This document shows positions 47,007-59,276 of a stretch of DNA of 64,000 nt, piece by piece (positions within the stretch are counted from its first letter, which is position 1; each line of letters opens with the position of its first letter). Both the position numbers and the translations under genes were made by a program. The DNA is from Neodothiora populina (taxonomy: Eukaryota). The notes beneath the pieces are model-generated. The model searched no databases, was not told the origin of the DNA, and was given only the letters and a program-made list of their open reading frames with translations. The DNA lies in NCBI RefSeq assembly GCF_041146345.1, contig NW_027191417.1, forward strand, positions 1,612,001 to 1,676,000. The letters run 5' to 3'.

Positions 47007-48339
47007 TCACGCCCGCCAGCCCGCATCTCTCAGGCACATGCAGCACATGCCATGTTTATAGACCGCAAGACCCCTGCGACATCGACAAGGCGGCTGTGGT
47101 GGAGCATTCGTCGTGGCAGCAGACGAAGCGGCGGCGACCGCAGCATTCAATTGGTGTTGTTTGCCGAATGCAATGGCGCTGTCCACACTCCTTGGGCTCT
47201 CGCCGCCTGCAGATGATGACGAGCCGCTGGTCGACGATCGATCCCTGCTGCTCATGTGCTCGCTGTAGTTGTCGTAGCTGTCTCTTTTCTTGCCTCCTCC
47301 TAGTCTGTTTGGATTCCCGTCTGCACAACGCGTCGATTGTTCGAGTAGCTGTACATATGACCCTGTCCCGCCGCTACCTCCTGTACCCGTCAACGCTCGC
47401 CCAGAAGTTGTTGTGCTTGGTCCATTGGGAGCAGCAGTGGTTTGTTTTGCTGTCTTGCGTCCTGCCCCGATAGCGACGGGCATACCCTGCGCGCCAGCCT
47501 CGAGTCTCTGGCCCGGATACATGCCGTCGTTGACGCTAAAGTTGCGGCAAATCATGTAAGCGCGCGTGGCGGCGGATTCCTGCGCCAGGTCTTTGCGAGC
47601 GTATGCCACATCGGTGCTGTACTCGCGGTTGTTGACCCGCACGATGCAGGTCCAGTAGCCTGGCTGTGGCTGGTGGGCTTGGTAGTACGGTTTTGGCCAC
47701 GCGCGTCGATCGCATAGACCTGTCCATTTCATTGATGTGTCAGCGAAGATGTACGATCTAGGGGTTTGTTGATATGATAGAGCAAGCGAGCGGGGATTTG
47801 CGAGTCGAACCCAGTGTTCTGGGGACTGGGTAGATATTGGTCTTTGGAGGGTTGGCTTCGTTCTTGCCCTATCCGGGCTCTTCAATCATGCATTGATGCC
47901 GATGAGACAAACATGGAAAGTGACTCGCATTGTGTAACGAACATAGCGTCGTTTGAGACAGATTGGAAGCATATTGCAGTATACAGCGAGCCGGATCGCC
48001 AAAAGAACAAAACTCAATTGACACAAACCCTCAGGAATGATGTCGGTGCGCAGCAATAACAGCGCTGCTTTGCCATCTTGACCATAAATTGCAGGGCTTC
48101 TCGTGCATTGCCACGTGGGGAGCGCTGGGTGTCCACGTGGAAGTGCATAGACCCCCAGGTGTACGGATCGTGTCAATCTCCACTCTCGCTCAGGGGACCG
48201 GCGATCGGACAATGCTCGAACGGATGGCATGCATCGACGAACAAGAGCAGAAGACAAATAGCAAAAAAGCAAAAAGAAATGTATAAAGCTTACCGCCAAG
48301 ATACATCTGGTAGAACCCACGTTCGCACTCGAGACTCAT
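47007..48339 (-). CDS. Double-stranded RNA-binding-motif (dsRBD-like) protein; probable exons 48339-48294, 47719-47007; about 252 aa
   Basis: LCDRRAWPKPYY..WTCIVRVNNREYSTD..AQESAATRAYMICRNFSVNDG has a dsRBD alpha-beta-beta-beta-alpha pattern. Upstream exon MSLECERGFYQMYLG|G ends at GTAAGC and joins in phase to the GCTGAC..CAG acceptor at 47720. The first exon is less certain. Confidence 0.75.
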
Positions 48340-50783
48340 GGTGAATCTGGTGATTTGTACTCGATCGAGTGCCAACAACCTGGTCTTCGGGCACCGCTTC
48401 GGGCTCCCAGCGCTTCGGTGGCTTATGATCTTGGGCGATGATGGACAAAGCAGGCGTCCTGTATACGAGGAACTATTGTCGAGATTGGGCTCGAATTGGG
48501 CAATCGACTACCTCCAGTAGTCACACAGCAGCAAAGAGGCCCAAGAGGCGAACGGGAGTGGCTTGATAGAGTAAGTGAGTAGTGACGAGATGGGTAACCA
48601 CACTGGTGTCCAGCAAATGTAGAGAGAATCTTTTTCAGCAATGGGCTTGCGGAAGAAGAGGCGGCCCCATGTGTCAATGCCTACAAAACTCGATTGATAA
48701 AGTCATGATGCAGGACGGACTAGAAATAGGCAACGGATGAGGCAGATGCTTAGAAAGATTGTAATAGCTTGCAGCAGCAGCAGCAGCAGCGACAACAGAG
48801 AAACGGTCTTCTTCGAGGGGGACTTGGCAATGATACAGCATGCTTCTCTTACCTCCCGAACCTACCCCTTCTCCTGCATCTCGCAAATTGAAGGACCACT
48901 CAAATCTTGTCATGCGTGAAGCAAGATTCACACCATTGCTGCATTTGCGACAACAAGAGAAAAGCTCTGATACCAGCCGGAGGAAACGATGTGTTGGCGG
49001 TCGCGAGGTCAGCCAGAGAGGTATGTCCTCTTCTCGATTCTCGACCGACTTACTCGTGGTCACTGCTCGAGCTGCCTCATGTAGTACGACGTAGAGAGTG
49101 GGCATGGGTGGGCGTGCCGATCCACATCCTTGCACATGCCTCGCAGTATGGGCCGCTTGCCCCCAGTACGTGGCCCAAATGAAGCGTGCGCAGCACACAA
49201 GCAGTACTGCGGGAATGATGTGCATGCAAATTGCACCTGCTGCTGCCGTTGCTGCTACCGTTGCTGCAATCCAACCCGAGCAGTGCAGGACAGCAGAGAG
49301 GGAGGAGAGTGATGCAGAGTGACAGCTGTTGGGGTGTACGTAAGGTGCGCTTACTCGTCAGGCAGCCGAAAAGGACCAAGGTGCGTGCTATTTCGGCGGA
49401 AGCATGGGATCCTACGGGAGCTACTGCAATGCATGGAAAGTATTGGAAGAGATAACCTCGAAAAGATCTTCGGATCGTTACCGAGTCAGCATACTTGGTG
49501 CACCGGTCAACTAGTCCTGAAGACGATTGGACGTTCGCCGTGCAATATGGCTGCTTGTTAGTCAATAGCTTTCGCAAGGTACATAACAATGGGCTTCCAA
49601 GTCAACGTATGCTTTGGGCAGTGGGATGATGCACAGTCGTGTGATTCGCGTGCGACCGGCTACGTGATCTGAGTGACATGTATTCACGACGCAAGCGTGT
49701 GTTGGCAGTCACGGTCGATATCGAGGCACTGCGGCACAACAGGCCATTGGAGAGCTCTCTCTCTCGCCTTGGCAAGCTTTCTGCTGAGTAGGACCTCATA
49801 AAGTTGTCTTCGTGGTCGAGTGAGTAGGGGCCGTCGCGGCCTGAGGCCAAGACTATCCAAATCGTCCAAGTTGCCAATGCAATGTCGAGACCTGGGTGGA
49901 GATCATCTCTGCCATCAGCCTCCCTCGTGCAAAGCGGTGACTCCAGCCAATATGGCCATGAGCCGTGATTTGTCAGGTACTCTGATGGTGCATGAAGTGG
50001 CGATACAGGAAATGCATCATTCACGCGCATGCGGTTGCTTGCATTGTCGTGAGCAGTTACTGAAACATCTGTATATAGCTCATGCTACAACCTGGCGAAG
50101 GTTTCTCGCTGGTCTGGCGGAGGAAGAGAGCAACATCATACACAGCATTGTACATCCTTCATGGTAGTGCTCATTCGAGTCTGAGGGGACTGCGAGCAGC
50201 CAAGCTAGTGTATGCCTGAAAAGCGGTGTGTACCCCTCGCAGCGCCAACGTTATGTCGAGGATCGTGAGATGGGCAGTAGTCATATTGCTAGACGCTCGG
50301 CTAGATCTCCGCTTAAGCAAGAGGCAGTGCCGCCGTCGCAGGTCAAATACTGTATGAAAGTGACAGATCACTTCTTGAACCTCAACAAAGAAGCACAGGA
50401 CATGAACAATCAGGAAGTGCAGATAATGACTGTCTTCACGAAGGCTATGATCGTGTGGAGAATTGTGAATCCGGTCCTGGAGTGACTCCTATCAATCGCT
50501 CGCTGAGGGATATTCCGAGACATCCCGAACTCGGCCACTGGTCTCGGAAAGCGGGGGAAATGGTGGGGTGGACCATGGCTACCCGTGAGTGCTGACACTT
50601 GACACTGAAGATGTAAGAAAGCACTGTGTGCCTGTCGTTGGATATAACCCAGTCTGCATTTCTTCAACCTTGTGACCTGCTTTTGTTGCATTGTACGACC
50701 GTGACGCCACTCTTCACAACACCTTGAGGGAAAGAAAGGAGATTGCAACGTCTCCCAGATCATCATATAGCACAGAATCGAAA

Positions 50784-51262
50784 ATGGCTTCGAAAATCAT
50801 TCACCGAGTGACGATGTTCAAGATCCCGGAGCCTGCGAACATCCAGCCGATTATGGATCAGTACACACAGCTGCAGCAAAAAGCGACTAAGGTGTGACCC
50901 TGCCCTTTCCCCTCCCTTGCAGCAGAAAGCCACGCGCTCGAGCAATGGCCCGCCGAGTTTCACATACTCGTCATTGCCTCGTGCGTGTCTGTCGTGCCAC
51001 TCTCTGACGGGCTTTGGAACCGATCTGACATTATTGCCAGGGTGGCAAGAACTACATACTGCGTTGCGTGGCCGGCAAAACTCTCGATGATCCTCGCACT
51101 CAAGGATACTCTATCTGCGCCCAGACAAGTTTCGCGAGCTTGGAAGATATGAAGTACTATGACGAAGAATGCCAGGCCCACTTTGCGCTCAAGGAAGTTG
51201 TCAAGGGGAAGGCTGAGCGTCCTCCACTTACCATGTACTTCGAAGCGCCTGCAGAGGCCTGA
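50784..51262 (+). CDS. Stress-responsive A/B barrel (Dabb) protein; exons 50784-50891, 51041-51262; 109 aa
   Basis: IHRVTMFKIP, ATK|GGKNYIL, DPRTQGYS and FASLEDMKYYDEECQAH. Confidence 0.9.
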
Positions 51263-51492
51263 ACGTCGATTTCGTCGGAAGGACCAAGTCCACGGTAGCG
51301 ATTATAATCGGGTAGCCAGCATAGCAAATTATCATTCGGAGACGCTCTACCGCTTTGGATGCCTCATATTTCTATATAAGGGCGCAAACCATCCAAATGA
51401 GCTTAGCAGATCATGGGTTGGTCACGTAAAACAAGGAATGGAAGCATCCCATTACCATGGTCCACTGCTTCGCAGCTCGGGATGTGTTTAAT

Positions 51493-52050
51493 CTATACGC
51501 TGGTGACATCTGTAAGGCAACGCACCGTGGACTGTTTGAGATCTGGTCTACCGACGAGGGCGTCGAGAGCCGATCCGCCTGGCTGGAATGCTGGTCTTCT
51601 CAACACGTCTTTCGCGGTCGTCGCCTCTATCTCAGCAATCATCCTGCCAATCTCACTGGTCACCCTTGTATGACCTTTTTCGCCATGCATGCGTGACCAA
51701 TGCTCCTGAGGCATTGTGGTCTGACATTGCTTGACTAACAAAACCCAAGTTGGCATCACATGAGGGCACGTGAGCCGCGCATGCATCACGCAGTACGCCT
51801 GAACGACGACCATCTACAGTATGAAACGTCGACGAGATCAGATCGAAGATGAAGTCATCAGCGTTATCTTCTCGCCCCCATACCATAGTGCTGAATGACC
51901 GGATAGGCAAATGTGAATAATGCTTCGATGGCTTCGATGGCTCCGACGTCACATCATATCACCGGCTTCGTTGCATAAACCTGGCATATCTCGCTGCATC
52001 GCTGTGCGGCGTTCTCGACCGTGGCCCTCAAATCGCGAAATGGAATTGTT
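51493..52050 (-). pseudogene. Possible degraded coding relic, weakly resembling fungal BTB-associated helical regions
   Basis: Protein-like fragments TIPFRDLRATVENAAQRCSEICQVYATKPVI*CDVGAIEAIEALFTFAYPVIQHY and, after a frame change at a G5 run, REDNADDFIFDLISSTFHTVDGRRSGVLRDACAAHV. Confidence 0.22.
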
Positions 52051-52932
52051 GACCTCCTGACAGATCGACCGATTCGACAATGAGAACGAAAAGTTGGCCG
52101 TAGGACTTGACAAGACGCCGATCTCTCATACCTCGATAGCGCTTACATGTCTGACCACTGTCGCCGTCCTCTGGCTACACCTGTGCAACGTCAACCATGT
52201 CAAAGAAAGGCCATGATGTAGCTCTGTGATTGCCATGGAAAATATCACAGTACGCTTCTCTGCGTACACAACATCAAAGCCTTGCGTGCTTGTATGCACA
52301 CAATGGCCGCGGGAACGCTGTGCTTAGAAAACAACACGTATGCTATATGTTCGCCTGAATGAGGCAGAGTTGTCCAATTTCTGCCAGATCCAAGTGTATC
52401 TGGAGAGACCGATATTTAGTCATTTGGGCCTGCTTCTGAGAAGCCAAGACCACAATGTACAGCAGTCGGAGCACAATGACAATATTGTCATGGTCTCGTA
52501 GTAGTGATGTCAATCTGTAGGAGTATGTTTCAAGTGACTGTGGGCGTGTTCTGAACTCTTGGCCGAAATGACAGTTACTGAAGTTGATGTACATGGCACA
52601 TAACGGAGATGTCTCTTCTCACACAAGCGATTGCTTTCGCAATATACGATACGAGCAGTCATGGTACAACAGGTCAGGAAGCAACGATCCTAGGCGTTGG
52701 TAGGGTAGGTTTACAGATTGCGGAGAAATACGAGCCAAGACATGTGATATCAAGATATTTGAGTAGTGGTGGTTTTTGAAGTTCATCTTTCATTCTCACT
52801 CAGCAACATATAGTTGCGAGGCTAGATTCGAATCTTGTTGGTCATGATATCATTTCCTTTCGACTCATTGCAGCTCTGCGTCAACCATCAAGGCTAACTA
52901 TCAGATGAGATTCTGGTGTGCGATCAACGCAT

Positions 52933-53424
52933 TTACCAGTTGCCATACTTCTGCATGTTCTCGTGGGGCTGCTGAGAGTTGGGGTCGTACTGATCGTACT
53001 GGCCGTACTGCTCATCGTACATGGCCTCAGCGTTCTTTTTAGCATCGTGCTTAGCCTTCTGCTTGTCCCACTCGTCCTCGCCCTTGGTCTCGGCGAGCTT
53101 GTCAATCTCGGCACCGGCGAATCCAGCAATGAGCTCTTTGGCGAACTGGTGCTCGATAGGCTTGCCTAAGGAGTTAATATGTCAGTACAATATACACAAT
53201 AGTCATGAGATAGACATACCCTCAGAACGCTGGCGGTCCTCGAATGCCTTCATGGCAGCGAAAGATGCACCACCGGCGAGGACCTCGTGGGAGAGGGAGC
53301 TCTCGTTCTTGGGCTGGCCGTCGTCATTGTAGGCCTGCTCGTAAGAGTCCTTGGAGTTATCTGTCAAGGTCAGTGGCTGCCTCGAGAGCTAACGTGTTCA
53401 TCCCAACTCACCCCAGCCGAACAT
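52933..53424 (-). CDS. cipC: CipC-like protein (DUF3759); exons 53424-53412, 53360-53220, 53165-52933; 128 aa
   Basis: MFGW|D..SLSHEVLAGGASFAAMKAFEDRQRSEG|KPIEHQFAKELIAGFAGAEIDKLAETKG..AMYDEQY. Two canonical introns; this gene is missed by the ORF track. Confidence 0.92.
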
Positions 53425-54415
53425 TATGATGGTAGTTTTGGTAGTTTTGGGGTTGAGTGATGTGTAGAGATGTGTTTGGTAGCTGTATGATGCTGTGTGA
53501 TGGAAAAGAAGAAAGAGCCTTGAGCTGCTGTCAACGAGGTTTATGTACTCGTCCTTGAGCTAAAAGGTATCCTGTACCTGACCTTAGCTTTGTAACAGCT
53601 GCCCCACCAAGCCCACCAGGAGTGGATTATCAGCACATCACCAGGAGCAATTGCGGTGAGCGCCTAGAACCAAAGAGAACCCTGCTTCGTGACGAAGGCG
53701 ACAACTGTCGTTTGTGTTTGAAGCCACACATGACGTGGATCCATAGCCAAGCCCCGCAGAGGGCGTTTTACACAGCGACCTAACTCATGCTATACGTACA
53801 AATCAAGTGCAAGTTAGGGTTCGCCAGCCGGCGCAACCATGGTTTATGATTTCATCGACCTGCGGAGTCTAGCATCACAGGCCAATGGACCGGTCAGGAT
53901 CACCGTCGCTTGCTCAGACACGCTCTACATGTAGAGAAGCTCCAGATTGGCAACCTGGAACGCTGGCCAGTTGCAAGCCGATATCGTATAGATGACAGCT
54001 ACGTAGACCAGTAAACAAAGGTTTCATCATCACACACAGCCCCGCGCATGGCACAGATCGCGCCAAGGTCTGAGAGAGCTTATCTGCAAAAAGCATCCTT
54101 CCAAGAAAGTCTACAGAGCACAAGCTCTGACAAGCTCATCGAGCGTTTGTGGCGTTCTGCTGCCGCCCCTGAGTGTGGCGCAGGCGTGCACGCCTCGGCT
54201 TCATCTGCCTCGCTCAAAAGTTGCGAATAGGCCACCGGTCAGTGTCGCTACAAGTATCGTCTTGCGTAAGACACGTGCAAGTACACTTGGCGACGAGCAG
54301 ATGAAGATGCTGATGCTGGGTAATATATCACACACCGGTGTGTGGGTTTCATTAATATCATGATTACTATTATCGTTATTTCATGTATGCTTTTCGTTGT
54401 AATTATGTAGTAAAC

Positions 54416-55954
54416 TCAATGCACGGGGAGCGGCATGGCGATGCCGTTGTTGTACAATGATCGCCGCTTTGCCGACTCCGAACGCCGCATCCTAGCTCTC
54501 ATGCTATTCCAATCCTCGTGGGCCTCTGGCAAAACAGCAGGTTGATCGGTATCAAACAGAGTCGTTGCATCACTTTGAGCCGGCGAACTACGGCCACTTC
54601 CCTTTTCCTTGTCTTTTCCTTTTGTCTTTCGACTACCCTCCTCCTCTTCGTCTGCTCTGAGCATCAGATTTCTAACGTCACCCAGCTGGCAACCATCTGG
54701 ATCGCGCTCGTCCCATTCTGGCTCCCACAAGACATATCGTTGAAAAAGCTCTGGCAGTTGCAACCCTGCTTCGTGGCACATCCAGTAGTATTTTGTCAAT
54801 AAGAAAGGTCGGGCTATTGCTGGGAGCATGTCTCCCGTCTTCCAAACCACATCTTTGGTGCCCAGAAAATGTAGCATATGTCGAACATAGGTAGAGAAGG
54901 TGGCATCCTCATGGCCCCACATCAACATGCCCGGCGTAGTTTGTGCATTACGTTGGCGGTTAAGGTTACATTTTGGAGGAACGATTGGGAGGTTCGAATG
55001 TTGTTGTGTTGGGTCGGTGATTACTCGTGCGAGATCGGATTTTCCAGTCCATAGATGTAAGCCAGCTGTGGAACGCGGGATGCATCTAAGTGTGAGTAGT
55101 CGATCTCCGACCTCGACAAAGTCGAATGAAAGCTGGCCACTGAACTCGCCGAGTTTTGAAACGATCGTGTCGACGTAATTGCATATCCCGGCATGCTTTG
55201 TCTCGTCGAAGATTTTTGATGAAGTGCTGTCGGCAGTCTCGAGAACAGGGTAGACGCCAGTGGCCATGACCTTACCCTGTCGGACAATACTGTAGCTACA
55301 GAATTGCTTGCCTGTCATCCTTTCTTGCGCAATGTGCCAATTGTGATTGCCGATGTCAATACTATCGGGCAACTGCGCGTCGGGCGCCAAGTGGTAGACC
55401 GTGGATGAGGCGTGTCCAAGACAGGGTCTCAGGACAAGTCCATTACTGTACTTTGATACTGGGAGCCTTTCCACGTCCTCCCAGCTCTTACATAGGTAAG
55501 CCTTAGGGACATCCATCCCATGGCGCTGCATGAGCTTGTGATACTCCCACTTGTCATGTAATCTCGTCAGTAACTCGAAGCGAGGAGCGAAAAGGATATC
55601 TAAGATTTCCGGATCTTGGCTGTCCGCAAGATAGAACACTTCCTCGTGGATCGGAACAATGAGGTCGATCCTCCATCTTTGCACAGCATCCTTTACGCCC
55701 TGTATGTATAGTTTGGGATCATCATGAGGCGCAACTACCTGTTTGCTCCTGCGCACGGCAGTTGAAAACTTGCAGAGATGATAATCTAGGGGATCCACGA
55801 CATAAACGATGTGACCCGCCGAATGCAGTTGTCGAGCTAGGTCAATAGCTACGGGGAAACTGCCATTCGTTAGGAGGACCCGCTGTCGATGTAGTCTGGT
55901 GTTGACGGGACTCCGTCTGTGCGTCCCTGATGTTGCGGTCGCATCGGCTGTCAT
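54416..55954 (-). CDS. ATP-grasp fold protein (distantly MysC-like architecture) with altered catalytic E-x-N motif; about 512 aa, intronless
   Basis: Pre-ATP-grasp VLLTNGSFPVAIDLARQLHSAGHIVYVVD..CKFSTAV and IDLIVPIHEE. Core LHDKWEY, GMDVPK, VLRP, IAQERMTG, CSYS, GQLSFDF and RCIPRSTAG. Confidence 0.82.
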   Translation of the reverse strand: MTADATATSGTHRRSPVNTRLHRQRVLLTNGSFPVAIDLARQLHSAGHIVYVVDPLDYHLCKFSTAVRRSKQVVAPHDDPKLYIQGVKDAVQRWRIDLIVPIHEEVFYLADSQDPEILDILFAPRFELLTRLHDKWEYHKLMQRHGMDVPKAYLCKSWEDVERLPVSKYSNGLVLRPCLGHASSTVYHLAPDAQLPDSIDIGNHNWHIAQERMTGKQFCSYSIVRQGKVMATGVYPVLETADSTSSKIFDETKHAGICNYVDTIVSKLGEFSGQLSFDFVEVGDRLLTLRCIPRSTAGLHLWTGKSDLARVITDPTQQHSNLPIVPPKCNLNRQRNAQTTPGMLMWGHEDATFSTYVRHMLHFLGTKDVVWKTGDMLPAIARPFLLTKYYWMCHEAGLQLPELFQRYVLWEPEWDERDPDGCQLGDVRNLMLRADEEEEGSRKTKGKDKEKGSGRSSPAQSDATTLFDTDQPAVLPEAHEDWNSMRARMRRSESAKRRSLYNNGIAMPLPVH

Positions 55955-57401
55955 GTTTGGTTGGAGTATGAAGGCGAGCACGACAAGATAATTTCCCTTC
56001 AAGATCAGGATATCCAACTTCCAAGCAGAGGTTCACAGGTCCGTCGGCACGCTCAACGTTTGATTCGACAATATGCTGATAAGAGGGGCGATTGAACTGG
56101 TTGAACAGGATGCGACACAGCACGGTATATCATGAAATTACCTGGTCTACACTGATGTGAGGAAAGGGGCAGTCTTAAGATCAAAATTTCCGCACGGGAG
56201 TCCGCGGCGGACCGCAGGGCTCATGACAATCATCATACCATCCGCATCCCTTGACATCAGTCCGAAATGGACTTATGAGTACATAAGAAACAAAAGATAA
56301 CTTTGACGAAATTTAAGCGGCAACGCCGGATGTTGCTGGAGGGCAGGACTGAGGGATGAAAGCTTAGCACGATTAACGTCATAGAGATATACTTGTACCA
56401 ACGTAGAACACAGTCAGCATCACTTCTACGTGCTTTCTCTGCTGGCTCGAGAAGACTAAGGTATTATCAGATCTGTGAAAACTTTCTAGCAGTCATGGTA
56501 TACATTGCGTCGTTCGCTTCCAGGGTTGGATATTGTACTGTGGTTGGAAACAGCACTTGGTCGAATATCGATAGTTTGATCCATAAAGCAGAATGGGCAG
56601 GGTTTCGATCAAGTCCGCGCACTTTGCATACTGAATCGTATACTGTACTTGAGCTTCGGCTATCAAGTACAATAGGTGCGTCTATTGTCACGTCCATGGT
56701 GGATGATACACCTTGTGTCTCCCTGAGACTTCGCATAGAGCTGCGCACTCAAACAGACCATTGTGAGCCTAGCTCATGGCTCGACCAAGATCCACAACTC
56801 AAAATGAGGATCATGTGTTTCACAATCATTGGTTCAAAAAACCCTGATAGACAATATGTTGACGAACCAGTGGGGTCGAGAGGGTCCGAATCTATCAGTA
56901 GTTCTGCACAACACATCATCCGCGACGAGTATATGGATACGAGGAAACTGATTACCCACCCATGCAAAAACTGCACACCGCACATTCTGCGTTGACTATC
57001 ACACTCGCATACTTTTTACTCGATTCATCAGGACCGACATGGGCCGAGTTTGCTTCATTGCCGTGCAGTAGTGCAAATACATTTTCTGACCAAGATCCGC
57101 ACTATCCGCTAGGTTGCGTCTCCTCGATCATCCCCGCGACAGGCTGCGGGTTCTCTGCACTATTCTTCCTCGCCACATTGATACGTTAAGAGTTCTTCAG
57201 ATGGAGGTCTTGCACATCAAAGTCTCATAGCCTTCGATCACTGATGCTACAGTATGTACAATAATTTCCAAGATGCATTGACTGTCCCACGCAAATGTGT
57301 GTTTGTTCCAAAATGTATGTCACTACAGAACTGGCTTTTCCTCTAGGGAAGGGTCAATTCAGAGTATAGTCAACAGTGCTGGACGGCCTGATTCTGATTG
57401 A

Positions 57402-58666
57402 TCATGGTTGACCAGGCCAAACCTCATCAGCAACTGCTCGGACAAGCTTGAGCTTCTTCCTCATATCGTCCCAACTCAGTAGGTTTCCGTCGGAATGAGA
57501 AGCAAATCCGCACTGAGGAGAGACACCCATTCTTTGTAAAGCCTGCTCTCTAGTCTGCCCACTGCCCTCGGCCACGATATCCGCAGCCTGGTAGACCTTC
57601 TCGACCATCTTCTTGTGGTCTTCCAGCTCCGGAAACTTCGATGTCACTACGCCAAGTATAGCATTCTTGTCCTTGGGCAGCACCTTGAGGGGCTCGAAGC
57701 CACCAGCGCGAGGCGTGTCATACTCGAGGTAGAACGTGCCAACATTGAGTTCAGTGAAAAGTTTAGTCGCGATGCGATCATATCCACCTTCGCTAAAGTG
57801 GCGCGAGTTGACAAAGTTACCTCTGCAAAGGTGGATACCCAGATGAAAGCCTGCAGGTCGTTCGAAGCAAGAGTTATAGAACTTCACATAAGCGTCGAAC
57901 ATTTCATCGGCAGTCTTGGTGTTCAAAGGGTCTTTCGCCCAGCCCTCGAGCATAGCTTCTGAGCAGAAATCTAAAGTCAAAGTCCCATGATTAGTCGTAT
58001 AATTGTACGCTTGAGTTCATGGCGATTCATACAAGCGAGATTGGGGTCATCGACCTGAGCATTGCGAAGTCCAGCATCATATAGGATCTGAAGCTCCTGT
58101 CTGTAAGCTTTGGCTATGTCGGCAAAGTACTCGTCATCTGTGGAATACACGTCCTTGGGATACGCCAGGCCCTCCTTGTATCTGAAATGATACCAATTCG
58201 GAGCCGCCAAGGTAAGTTTGATATTTCCCCATTCACTTTCTGGGACCTGACTTTTCGTATATGTCAATTCCCTCATGTAACTGCTTTCTCCAGTATGACT
58301 AATTTTTCCCGTGCAGATGACGGTTTCTCCGGGAACATGATTTTCTTCCAAGAAGGCAGCAATATCAGGTGCGTATTGTCGGAAGATGCCTGGATCTGGT
58401 CCATTGATCTCCTTGAATCCATGGAGACTGGGGAAAAAGCTACCCCAGAACATATGTCTACGATATTCTCCATCACTTGGAGCATGGAAACCGCAGTCCT
58501 TCTGTAATGCGAGAGCTTCCTTGACAGCTTCGTCTTCGAGCGGGCCGAGTTCGCTCTGTGATGCTTTCTTCGCCACTACTGCGTGACGCTTGTTAAGGAG
58601 AAATTGTGGTCGGAGCAGAGAGCCCAGGTGCTCTGCACGAAATGGAGGATTACGTGGAGCAGACAT
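57402..58666 (-). CDS. Cobalamin-independent methionine synthase C-terminal-only (core / YxjG-type, UROD/MetE-like) enzyme; exons 58666-58033, 57970-57402; 400 aa
   Basis: PPFRAEHLGSLLRP, SDGEYRR, QVDDPNLAY|F, Zn ligands HLCRGN, YLEYD and SPQCGFAS. Confidence 0.93.
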
Positions 58667-59276
58667 TTTTATTGTCTCTTGAGTGTGAGATTAGAGTACT
58701 CTCAAAAGGTCTGTGTTGTCACTTCTCGTATAGATATATAGAGGCTCGGGCAGCATAGGGCAACGCAAGCCATCAGCAAGCAAGCGGGGTTCTTCGTTGC
58801 CCCGCATAGCCATAGGCGAAATTGATCAACGGCAGTTCGATCTAGAGCATGCACACTTATACGTTGTATGGCAAACCCAAGTGCCGATTCACTTTGCACA
58901 CGTCGCAGGGAGATTAAGGTTGCCTACTTTCATATACCTGGCATGAGCCCTCGGATCTATGAGGACGTTGTAGGAGGACCGTACACGGTGCGATACAGTA
59001 CAGTGCTCCACTCGGTTCGCACAAAGGAGATCGGACTGGCATCGAAAGCAACGGTAAGAGGTCGATTTGGTGACCAAAAAATCGGCGTAGGAGAAATGTG
59101 GTGCGTTGGTTGGCTACACTGGAGTTTGTGGTCAGGGTTCTGCATATATAGCATGAGTTCTTCCATCTGGGTCGAGTCTCGATACTGGCGGAATCATCAT
59201 GATGCGTGAGCCGTACGTCCATTCGTTGCAATAATGTTGAACTGTGAGTGTATATCATATCTGGCCTGTGTTCAAC

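Noticed and set aside
54416..55954. Mycosporine (MysABC) cluster
   Set aside because: No sugar-phosphate cyclase or O-methyltransferase in the window, and the ATP-grasp lacks the MysC GGKMTKAL motif.
56393..56995. 200-aa plus-strand ORF
   Set aside because: Non-ATG start and no recognisable motif. It cannot be supported, though a degenerate gene is not excluded.
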